Source: Planctomycetota bacterium (lineage in GTDB: Bacteria > Planctomycetota > B15-G4). From it: a stretch of 64,000 bases of DNA. Positions 50,079 through 58,476 of the stretch are shown here, piece by piece. The stretch is from assembly GCA_029259745.1 (NCBI GenBank), contig JAJDEO010000041.1, forward strand, positions 19,374 to 83,373. The letters are read 5' to 3'. The number at the start of each line of letters is the position of its first letter. Positions within the stretch are counted from its first letter, which is position 1. The notes under the pieces are model-generated. The model did not search any database. It was not told the origin of the DNA and was given only the letters and a program-made list of their open reading frames with translations. Made by a program: the position numbers and the translations under genes.

Positions 50079-50563
50079 CGCGAGCCCTCCACCGGATACT
50101 CGACGTGCAGGACGATCTCGTCGTGGCCGAGGCTGTAGAGCGCGAGCATTCCGCGTTCGACGTTCGCGCCGGGCGGCAAGGTGAACGCGGCCTGGCGATC
50201 TGCAGACATCGCACCGAGCAACACGGCGCCCTCGAGCATCGAGTCGCCGGACACGGCGCGGATGTCGCGCCAGTACACGAGCAGGTCGGGACGTGGGATC
50301 CCGCGACGCGTCAGAACGACGCCCCAGTTGCCGTCCTCGAGGCGACGCCAGTCGGCGTCCCAGACATCGCCGCTGACCGTGTTGCGCGACGTCGTTCGAC
50401 GCACGGACGTTCCCCACGAGGCCAGCTCGGCGCGGTCGACGACGAGCTCGCCGGGAACGACACCCGGATGCCGTACGGACAACGCCGACGCCAGGCCGTA
50501 GCCCACCAACGAAGTCACCAACACCCACAGCACGACGTGTCGACGGCGCCCCGAGCGGATCAT
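50075..50563 (-). CDS. Hypothetical protein with N-terminal TM segment
   Basis: ATGA overlaps on both sides; PDLLVYW, LYSLGH. Confidence 0.75.
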   Translation of the reverse strand: MIRSGRRRHVVLWVLVTSLVGYGLASALSVRHPGVVPGELVVDRAELASWGTSVRRTTSRNTVSGDVWDADWRRLEDGNWGVVLTRRGIPRPDLLVYWRDIRAVSGDSMLEGAVLLGAMSADRQAAFTLPPGANVERGMLALYSLGHDEIVLHVEYPVEGSR

Positions 50564-50826
50564 CGCTCGCCTCCTGCCGCGCGACGATGCGCATTCGACT
50601 CGACGCGCGGCGTCGTGCGCCCGCCAAACCAACGCAGCATCAGTGCGGGCCAGAGCAGCGTCGCGCCGGGCAGCAGGAGCACGCGGAACCCCCACGTTCC
50701 CTCACGCGCTGCGGGATCGATCGCAGCGGCGCCTTTCCATGCGAACGGCACGGCGAACAGGACCCCGATCGCGAGGTAGATCCCGAGCGTCGTGGCGAAT
50801 CCGCCTGCGAGTGCTTCGATGTCCAT
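50560..50826 (-). CDS. Small 2-TM membrane protein
   Basis: YLAIGVLFAVPF...IDPAA...GFRVLLLPG..LLWP. Confidence 0.8.
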   Translation of the reverse strand: MDIEALAGGFATTLGIYLAIGVLFAVPFAWKGAAAIDPAAREGTWGFRVLLLPGATLLWPALMLRWFGGRTTPRVESNAHRRAAGGER

Positions 50827-50842
50827 GGCTGCCAGCTCGCGT

Positions 50843-52774
50843 TCAGATGAGGTCGGTGTCGGTGATCACTTCGACGAGCGCGGGACCGTCGTGCGCCAGG
50901 GCGCGCGTGAGGGCGTCATCGAGCTCATCGGCCGACGTGACGCGCAGACCGAGCGCGCCACAGTTCTCGGCGAACTGCGCGAAGTTGGGGTTGTGCAGCG
51001 AAGTTTGCCACACCTCCCACTCACCGGCGCGCTGCTCCTTGCTGATCTTCCCGAGCTCGCTGTTGTTCAACAGCACGTGCGTGATGTTCATGCCGTACTT
51101 CACGGCTGTCGTGACCTCGCCCATGTACTGACCGAAACCACCGTCGCCACTGATCGAGACGATCGTGCGCTCTGGCGCGGCGCACCAGGCACCCATCGCG
51201 GCCGAGAAGCCGAAACCGATCGACCCGAGGTAGCCCGACATGAGCACCGACTGGCGCGTGCACTCGAAGTAGCGGCCGAAGGAGTAGGTGTTGTTGCCGA
51301 CATCCACGGCGAGCACGGCGTCATCGGGGACGTGGCGCGTGAGGGCGGCGAAGACCGCCGTCGAGTTGACGCCACGACCGCGATCGTCGACGAGCCGTCG
51401 CTGTTTCTCATTGCGCCAGATCTCCCAGCGCTCGGCGATCTCGCCCTGACGGTTCGTCGCCGGCGTGTGGGCAGCAAGCGCCTCGTGCATCGCCGCGCAC
51501 GTTGCACCGATCTCGCCCCAGACGGGGATGTCGATGGCGTGGAAGCGTCCGAGCGCGAGGCGATCGAAGTCGACCTGGATCGTCTTGATCTTCGACGTGA
51601 TGCCGGTGTGGTTCGAGAACGATGCGCCGAAGACGACGAGCAGGTCGGACTCGTTCATGAACCAGCTCGCAACCGGCGTCCCACTGCGTCCGAGGACACC
51701 GCACCCGAGTGGATGACGATCGGAGATGAGCCCCTTGCCCTTGAACGTCGTGAGCACAGGAGCACCGAGACGTTCAGCCAACGCAATGACGGAGTCGGTA
51801 TGTTCGCGCGCTCCGTAGCCCACGATGAAAACGGGGCGTTGCGCGTCACTCATCGCCGCGAGCGCTTGGCTCAGCGCGTCGGCCGACGGGGCGATCGCGA
51901 CGTCCGCCAGTCGGCCCTCGGGAGTGCCGGCCTCGGCGTCGGGCACCTCGATGTTCTGAACTTCGTCGGGGAAGATGAGGTGCGAGACATCGCGCTGCAC
52001 CAGCGCATGCTTGACCGTGAGGTTCGCGAGCTCGGCGTGCTTGCTGTTCGGCAGCACCGTCTGGCTGAAGCACGTGACGGCCGCGAACGCCGAGGCGAGG
52101 TCGACCTCCTGGAAGTTGCCCGGACCGAGCACCTGCGTCGCCACCTGGCCCGTGAGCGCGATGGCGGGCACGCGATCCGAACGCGCGTCCCAGAGCCCCG
52201 TGAGCAGATTCGTCGCGCCGGGACCAGCAATCGCGAGGCACGCGGCGGGTCTTCCCGTGAGCTTGCCGAAGCCCGACACGGCGAAGGCCGCGGCGCCCTC
52301 GTGCCGCACACCGATGTACGTGAGCTTGCCCGTGACTTCGAGGCGGCGCAGCGCATCGGCGAGGCCGAGGTTGCTGTGGCCGACCATCCCGAAGACATGG
52401 GTGACGCCCCAGTTCACGAGCGTCTCGGCGATCACATCCGACACCGTGCGCACGTGCGCGACATCCTCTTCGACACCGACATAGACGCTGCCGTCACGCA
52501 CCTCCGTCGGGAACACCTCGACACCATCATCGAAGCCCGGCGCCTTGCCCGTGCAGGGATGGTAGTCCCAGCCGTGCCAGGGACAGCGCAGCAGGCCGTT
52601 CTCGATCGAGCCCTCGCCGAGCGGCCCGCCCTGGTGCGGACAGCGGTTCTCGAGGCAGGTGTACTCACCCTCCAAGTGCGTCAGCGCGAAAGAGTGTGTG
52701 CCTGCCGTCACGGTGCGGACGCGACCTTCGGGAACGTCGGCAGCGTCGGCGACCTTGATCCACTGCATCGTCAT
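50843..52774 (-). CDS. Rieske domain fused to ThDP-dependent enzyme (pyruvate oxidase/ALS family)
   Basis: CPH...CPWHG; RHEGAAAF, GPGATN, GDGGFG...LNN. Confidence 0.92.
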   Translation of the reverse strand: MTMQWIKVADAADVPEGRVRTVTAGTHSFALTHLEGEYTCLENRCPHQGGPLGEGSIENGLLRCPWHGWDYHPCTGKAPGFDDGVEVFPTEVRDGSVYVGVEEDVAHVRTVSDVIAETLVNWGVTHVFGMVGHSNLGLADALRRLEVTGKLTYIGVRHEGAAAFAVSGFGKLTGRPAACLAIAGPGATNLLTGLWDARSDRVPAIALTGQVATQVLGPGNFQEVDLASAFAAVTCFSQTVLPNSKHAELANLTVKHALVQRDVSHLIFPDEVQNIEVPDAEAGTPEGRLADVAIAPSADALSQALAAMSDAQRPVFIVGYGAREHTDSVIALAERLGAPVLTTFKGKGLISDRHPLGCGVLGRSGTPVASWFMNESDLLVVFGASFSNHTGITSKIKTIQVDFDRLALGRFHAIDIPVWGEIGATCAAMHEALAAHTPATNRQGEIAERWEIWRNEKQRRLVDDRGRGVNSTAVFAALTRHVPDDAVLAVDVGNNTYSFGRYFECTRQSVLMSGYLGSIGFGFSAAMGAWCAAPERTIVSISGDGGFGQYMGEVTTAVKYGMNITHVLLNNSELGKISKEQRAGEWEVWQTSLHNPNFAQFAENCGALGLRVTSADELDDALTRALAHDGPALVEVITDTDLI

Positions 52775-52798
52775 CAGGAGCCCTCGTGCGGGGAATGG

Positions 52799-54433
52799 TC
52801 AGCCGACACCGGCGAAACGCACGCCCGTCAGACGCGCCGTGTCGTGATCGAACGTCGTCAGGTCGCCGATCGTGAAGTCGGAGAGGTTCGAGCGCCCGGC
52901 AGCTCGCGCCAGCACCTTCATCAGCCCGACGCTCGCGCCGAACCAGTTCGCGAGGCGCTCGGCCGACTTCTCGACATCGAGCCGCGCGCGGAGGTGCGGC
53001 TTCTGCGTCGCGATACCGACGGGACAGTTGTTCGTGTGGCAGGCGCGCATCGCCTGACATCCGATGGCCTGGATCGCGGAGTTCGCGAGGGCAACGCCGT
53101 CGGCCCCGAGAGCCATGGCCTTCACGAAGTCGGCCGGGCGGCGCAGGCCTCCGGTGGCGATCAGCGTGACACCTTCGGCGCGGCGCGCGTCGAGGTGCTT
53201 GCGGGCGCGCGGGATCGCAATGAGCGTCGGGATCGAGATGTGGTCGCGCAGCACCGTCGGTGCGGCGCCCGTTCCGCCGCCGCGGCCGTCGAGGATGATG
53301 TAGTCGACGCCGCTCTCGAGGGCGACGTCGATGTCGTCCTCGATGCGATTGGCGGAGAGCTTGAAGCCGATCGGGATGCCGCCCGTCACGTCGCGCACTT
53401 CTTCGGCGACGCGCCGGAAGTCAGCCGAACGCACGAGGTCCTTGAAGCGCGCCGGCGAGATGGCGTCCTTGCCTTCTTCGAGCCCGCGCACCTCGGCGAT
53501 GCGCCCCGTCACCTTGTGACCCGGCAGGTGTCCGCCGGTTCCGGTCTTGGCCGCCTGGCCGCCCTTGAAGTGAAAGGCCTGCACGCGCTCGACCTTCTCG
53601 AGTGCGAAGCCGAACTTCGCCGACGCGAGCTCGTAGAAGTAGCGTCCATTCGCCTCCTGCTCTTCGGGCAGCATGCCACCCTCGCCCGAGCAGATCCCCG
53701 TGCCGGCGCGTTCGGCGCCGCGCGCGAGGGCGACCTTGGCCTCCTCGGACAGAGCACCGAAGGACATATCGGAGACAAAGAGTGGGATGTCGAGCACGAG
53801 TGGCTTGCGCGCATTCGGGCCGATGACGAGCTGTGTGCCCACGTCCTCGTCGTCGAGCAGCGGAAGCCGCGAGATCTGCGCCGGAAGCACCATGATGTCG
53901 TCCCAGCTCGGCAGACCGGGGACGGGGACGCCCATCGCAGCGACGGGGCCATGGTGTCCGGTCTTCGAGAGACCGTCGCGCGCGAACTGGTGGATCTCAC
54001 GCGTGTGCGGCTCGTCGTCCGTGCCATGCACATCGACGTAGTTCCCGAGGTAGGTGTCGCGGTCGTACGGCTGGGGATTCTCGTTGCCCCAGCTGGCCAC
54101 CTCGTCGCCGTTCACGAAGACCTCGTCCCCGTCGCGCCAAGCCTCGAAGCGCTTCAGCTTCTCGCTGTTGTTGTAGGCACTCACGCCGCTGTCGAGACGG
54201 TAGTCCCAGTCGTGCAGGCCGCAGATGAGGTCCTCCCCGTCGACGTGTCCGTCGGCGAGCAGGGCGCCGCGGTGAAGACAGCGACCGTAGAGCACCGAGA
54301 CGGCGTCATCGTGACGGACTACGACGAGGTCGACGCCGGCGACGAGGGCGTGGGCAGGCTGGCGATCTCCGAGCTGCGACCAGTCTGCGACGCGAACGCC
54401 CGAGTGCGGGGATGACGACATGCGGGACTCCAT
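52799..54433 (-). CDS. Rieske domain fused to glutamate synthase FMN-binding domain protein
   Basis: CLH...CGLH; MSFGALS, SGEGG, GQAAKTGTGGHLPG, DGRGGGTGAAP, CQAMRACHTNNCPVG; alternative start at 54421. Confidence 0.92.
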   Translation of the reverse strand: MESRMSSSPHSGVRVADWSQLGDRQPAHALVAGVDLVVVRHDDAVSVLYGRCLHRGALLADGHVDGEDLICGLHDWDYRLDSGVSAYNNSEKLKRFEAWRDGDEVFVNGDEVASWGNENPQPYDRDTYLGNYVDVHGTDDEPHTREIHQFARDGLSKTGHHGPVAAMGVPVPGLPSWDDIMVLPAQISRLPLLDDEDVGTQLVIGPNARKPLVLDIPLFVSDMSFGALSEEAKVALARGAERAGTGICSGEGGMLPEEQEANGRYFYELASAKFGFALEKVERVQAFHFKGGQAAKTGTGGHLPGHKVTGRIAEVRGLEEGKDAISPARFKDLVRSADFRRVAEEVRDVTGGIPIGFKLSANRIEDDIDVALESGVDYIILDGRGGGTGAAPTVLRDHISIPTLIAIPRARKHLDARRAEGVTLIATGGLRRPADFVKAMALGADGVALANSAIQAIGCQAMRACHTNNCPVGIATQKPHLRARLDVEKSAERLANWFGASVGLMKVLARAAGRSNLSDFTIGDLTTFDHDTARLTGVRFAGVG

Positions 54434-54657
54434 GGTCGAGGAAACGTCTCGGCATCGTAATGTCCACCGCGAGCGATACCTCGAAGGTGTCCTGTGATGA
54501 CGAATGGACCGCTCGGTGACGGCGAATCCGCGAGATTCGAACGCCAAGCCCACGGGGAAGCGGTTTCGACATAAGATCAGCGCCGTGGCGTCCGTTCCCC
54601 GAAGCGCGATCTCCCTCGCGCGACGTGCGCTCGTTTCTCTCCCGAAGAGGCCCGCTC

Positions 54658-56445
54658 ATGGTCTGTCCCGTTCTCCGTCGTTGGCGCTCGGCGCTGGCGA
54701 TCTCGCTCCTCGCGTGCTTTGCCCAGGCCGGCACCGAGTCACTCCCCGGCCTCGTCAAGGCGGCGCCGCGCGGACTGTCCGAAGCCTTCGACGTCGGGGC
54801 CGCGACGACGCAGCACCTCGCGCTGCCCTTCCACGCCACGGCGCCGGTGTCGATCCCCGTGATGCTCGGCGGTGAGTCCTACACGCTCGACGTCGCGCCC
54901 TATTCGGTGCGCTCGTCGAAGTTCGAGGTGCTCGTGCAGGTCGAGGACGGATCGCTGATCCCGTTCGACGTCGGCGCGCCGACGACCGTGCGCGGTGTCG
55001 TGCGCGACGTGCCCGGCTCGATCGTCGCCGGCAACATGTCCGAAGGTCGTCTCACGGCAACGGTCGGCCTGCACCCCGACGACATGCTGTGGGGTATCCA
55101 GCCGCGCTCGGACGTCGACAGCACGGCGCCCGCGTCGGAGCACATCGTCTACTCGAGCCTCGACCGTCTCGCGAGCGATCACTCCTGCGGCAACGATCAC
55201 GCCACCGAGCGCGACGACGTCGACCACGGCCAGACGCCCGCCGCGTCCGACCTCGGCGACGGCGGCAACTTCGTGATCTGCGAGATCGGCATCGACACCG
55301 ACGTGCAGTATTACAACCTCAACGGCAGCTCGATCACGCAGACCGAGAACGACATCGAGTCGATCATCAACTCGACCGATGCGATCTACTCGATCGACGC
55401 GCAGATCCGCTACGAGATCACGACGATCATCGTGCGCACGGCCGAGCCCGACCCCTACTCGTCAACGACGAGCCCGAGCAGTCTGCTGAACCAGTTCGAC
55501 AGCCACTGGTCGTCGAGCCAGCAGGGTGTCCAGCGCGACATCGCGCATCTGTTCACGGGTCGCGACCTCGATGGCGGCGTCATCGGCATCGCGAAGCTGT
55601 CGCAGATCTGCAGCCAGAACAACGGCTACGGCCTGAGTCAGTCGCGCTTCACGAGCAACTTCACGAGCCGCGTCGCGCTGACGGCCCATGAACTCGGACA
55701 CAACTGGTCGGCGTCGCACTGCAACAGTGTCTCCGACTGTCGGATCATGTGCTCGGGGCTCGGTGGCTGCACGGGTGTCGTGACGTCGTTCGCGCCGGTG
55801 AGCATCAACTCGATCAACAACGAGAAGAACTCGTCGGGCTGCCTCGGCCCCGGTTCGCCGCCGGCCCCGCCGTCGATCAGTCAGGTCTCGCCCGAAGCCA
55901 ACAATCTCTTCGGCCCTTCGATCACGCCGATCGAGATCATCGGCCAGAACCTGTCCTTCGTGACGTCGGTGACGGTTGATGGCGTCGTGTTTTCCCAAGG
56001 ACAGTTCGACGTCGTGACGAACGCGCGCATCACGCTGACGCCGCCGACGCCGACGGTGCTCGGAACGGTCAACGTGCAGCTCGACAGCCCGTTCGGCGCG
56101 AGCAGTGTCGCGTCCTTCGAGTGGACGGCACCACCGACCATCCTGTCGACGTCTGGCATCGCCGTCTCGACGTTCGATCACGCATGGAATTACGGCGGCC
56201 CCGTGGCCGACACGGCCTTCCTCGTGATCAGCCTCGCGCCGGGCGTCGTCCCCTTCCAAGGCTTCGACGTCCTCGCGGCGCCGATCGTGCTCAACATCGA
56301 CACGCTCGACGACTTCGGCCTCGGCGACTACACGCTCAACCTGCCGGGCGCCGCGTCCGGCGTGACGTTCTACTCACAGGTCGTGACGTACGACACGGCT
56401 GTGACCGGAACGAGCAACGTGAGCCAGACGCTGGTTGTCTTCTGA
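54658..56445 (+). CDS. Secreted reprolysin/M12B-like metallopeptidase with IPT/TIG-like and C-terminal domains
   Basis: Prodomain SCG, AHLFTG, HELGHNWSASHC, Met-turn IMC. Confidence 0.9.
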   Translation: MVCPVLRRWRSALAISLLACFAQAGTESLPGLVKAAPRGLSEAFDVGAATTQHLALPFHATAPVSIPVMLGGESYTLDVAPYSVRSSKFEVLVQVEDGSLIPFDVGAPTTVRGVVRDVPGSIVAGNMSEGRLTATVGLHPDDMLWGIQPRSDVDSTAPASEHIVYSSLDRLASDHSCGNDHATERDDVDHGQTPAASDLGDGGNFVICEIGIDTDVQYYNLNGSSITQTENDIESIINSTDAIYSIDAQIRYEITTIIVRTAEPDPYSSTTSPSSLLNQFDSHWSSSQQGVQRDIAHLFTGRDLDGGVIGIAKLSQICSQNNGYGLSQSRFTSNFTSRVALTAHELGHNWSASHCNSVSDCRIMCSGLGGCTGVVTSFAPVSINSINNEKNSSGCLGPGSPPAPPSISQVSPEANNLFGPSITPIEIIGQNLSFVTSVTVDGVVFSQGQFDVVTNARITLTPPTPTVLGTVNVQLDSPFGASSVASFEWTAPPTILSTSGIAVSTFDHAWNYGGPVADTAFLVISLAPGVVPFQGFDVLAAPIVLNIDTLDDFGLGDYTLNLPGAASGVTFYSQVVTYDTAVTGTSNVSQTLVVF

Positions 56446-56478
56446 GCCGGATTAGCAGCGCTCTTCGTCAAACGTACG

Positions 56479-56516
56479 ACAGCCCCTCGGGACGCCTACG
56501 CGTTCCGGGGGGCTGT
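56479..56516. terminator. Hairpin between convergent genes, probably a bidirectional terminator
   Basis: ACAGCCCCTCGGGACGC-CTAC-GCGTTCCGGGGGGCTGT. Confidence 0.65.
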
Positions 56517-56519
56517 TCG

Positions 56520-56909
56520 TCATTCCGGCGCGCCGTGCGCACCGTGGTAGAGGACCTGCGTGATGTAGAGCGGGTTGCCGTCGGGGTCGGCGAAGTAGGC
56601 GAAGCGGACGAACTCGTCTTCCACGATGGGCGCCGGGAAGACGACGCCCCGCTCGGTCAGCGTCGCCATGACGTCCTCGAGCGGCTCGGTCACGTTGAAC
56701 CCGATCGCCATCGATCCGACCGTCCCGGCTTCCGCCGTCTTGCCCGGCACGACGGGGTGCAGCCCGATCATCACGCCGGGACCCGCGTCGATCTCGGCCC
56801 AGTGATCCGACGCCCGCATGCTCAGCTTGAGGCCGAGCGTCTCGGTGTAGAAGTCGACCGAGCGATTGAAGTCCGCGACGTAGAGCGTCGTGTTGCCGCC
56901 GTTGATCAT
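56520..56909 (-). CDS. VOC/glyoxalase family protein
   Basis: TLYVADFNRSVDFYTETLGL...AYFADPDGNPL. Confidence 0.92.
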   Translation of the reverse strand: MINGGNTTLYVADFNRSVDFYTETLGLKLSMRASDHWAEIDAGPGVMIGLHPVVPGKTAEAGTVGSMAIGFNVTEPLEDVMATLTERGVVFPAPIVEDEFVRFAYFADPDGNPLYITQVLYHGAHGAPE

Positions 56910-57387
56910 GTCAGGATCCTCCGGGAATGAATGTCTGCGGCCGAGGACCGCCGCGTCGAGTGTCGGCGACGCATCGACGCACGGCAAGCGGCGCGGCTGG
57001 CATGGCCCGCGAGGAAACGGGACCCGCCGGCGCCGGAGCGCGACATTCTGGAGGTCGACAGAGCGGCGTGTTCCCCCAGGGCCCGTGCATCCCTTGATCT
57101 CGTCGATGCCCGGAACGCGAGGGCGACCGGGGCCAGCAGGCACTCGACCACTGTGCGACCAGTGGCTACCCGCTCGATCACGCCATCGATCGGTTGCTCG
57201 AGTTCGCTGCCCGCGCGAAAAGTCACTTCACCGGCATCGAGAATCGGGCGCAACGCCCGCGACGACGCCGTCGCGCAACGGCGCACGCGGTCCGATGTGC
57301 TCGAGGAACGCGACGCCGCGCGCCAGCTCAAACCGGCGAGCGCGACCGGCACGTCGACCACACGTTCACGTCATGGCGTCACTGCCG

Positions 57388-58359
57388 TCAGCCCCGCCGT
57401 AGCTTCGCGATGAGTTCGTCGGAGAGTTCGCGCACGACGAAGAGCGGCGAGCGGTCTTCGTCGTCGGAGCGCTCGAGCACGTCGAGCACGCGGTCGGCGA
57501 GGCCGGCCATGCGCGCGGCGATCTGGTCTTTCTGACCGAGCGTCGTCGAAGCTCCGACGATCGTGGCTCCTGAGTTCGCCAGGATGTCGGGCACGAACGT
57601 GATCCCGCGTGCGTGGAGACGCTTGGCGTCGTCGTCGCTCGCGAGCGGGTTGTTTGCGCCGCCACAGACGACCTGGCAGTGAAGCAACGGAATCGTGAAA
57701 TCGTCGAGGACGCCACCCATCGCACAGGGCGCGAAGACGTCGCACGGCGTCTCGTAGATCTCCTCGGGATCGACGTAATCGAAGCCCGCGACGGGATGCA
57801 CGTCCGCAGCAACGACATCGACGCCCTTCTTCTTGAGGCGCATCGCGAGCCGCAGACCGACGGCACCGAGCCCTTGCACGGCTACGGTTTCGGGCTTCGG
57901 CACGACGGCGCGCATGGTCAGGTCGATGCTCTCGGCCGTAGCCGAGGCGAGACCATCGGGCGCGACGTACTGCGTCGCGGAAGCGAGCACATCGGCGTCA
58001 TCTTCCGTGAAGCCGTAGTCGGGGCCACACCAGTAGCGCCCCCCGAGCGTCTCGACGAACTCACCGAGTTCACGCACCGCCGCTGTGCGATCGAACTCGG
58101 CATCCGACGGAATCGACATCACCGTCTTGCCGCCGCCGCCAGCGATGCCGGCCATGACGACCTTGCGACTCATCGCGATCGCGAGTTCTTTCGCATCGTC
58201 GAGCGCCGCCTTCTCGGAGTTGTAAGACGTGATGCGAATCCCACCGAACGCGTGACCACCAATCACCGCATGCAGGGCGACGAATGCGACCGCCCCTCCA
58301 CACTCCACGCGGTAGACCTCGTCGAACCCAGCGACCTCGATCGTGTCGGACCTCAACAC
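57388..58359 (-). CDS. Glu/Leu/Phe/Val dehydrogenase family protein
   Basis: AFGGIR, MSRK, GGGKTV, QGLGAVG, PCAMGG, GGANN. Confidence 0.9.
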   Translation of the reverse strand: MLRSDTIEVAGFDEVYRVECGGAVAFVALHAVIGGHAFGGIRITSYNSEKAALDDAKELAIAMSRKVVMAGIAGGGGKTVMSIPSDAEFDRTAAVRELGEFVETLGGRYWCGPDYGFTEDDADVLASATQYVAPDGLASATAESIDLTMRAVVPKPETVAVQGLGAVGLRLAMRLKKKGVDVVAADVHPVAGFDYVDPEEIYETPCDVFAPCAMGGVLDDFTIPLLHCQVVCGGANNPLASDDDAKRLHARGITFVPDILANSGATIVGASTTLGQKDQIAARMAGLADRVLDVLERSDDEDRSPLFVVRELSDELIAKLRRG

Positions 58360-58476
58360 CAGACCTCCTCAAGCCCGCGATTTGGAAAACAACTTCGTAC
58401 GCACTATGCGTGACCGTGTGTCCTTCATCGCGCAGGCGGCAGAGGAAGGGACTGACAGGACGGCGGACAGTGTACG

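Noticed and set aside
50792-54415. 1207 aa plus-strand ORF and other long antisense ORFs (e.g. 14027-16210, 20115-21704, 43001-44770)
   Set aside because: Shadow frames of well-supported genes in high-GC DNA; Arg/Ala-rich with no motifs, apart from the pseudogene segment at the end of 20115-21704
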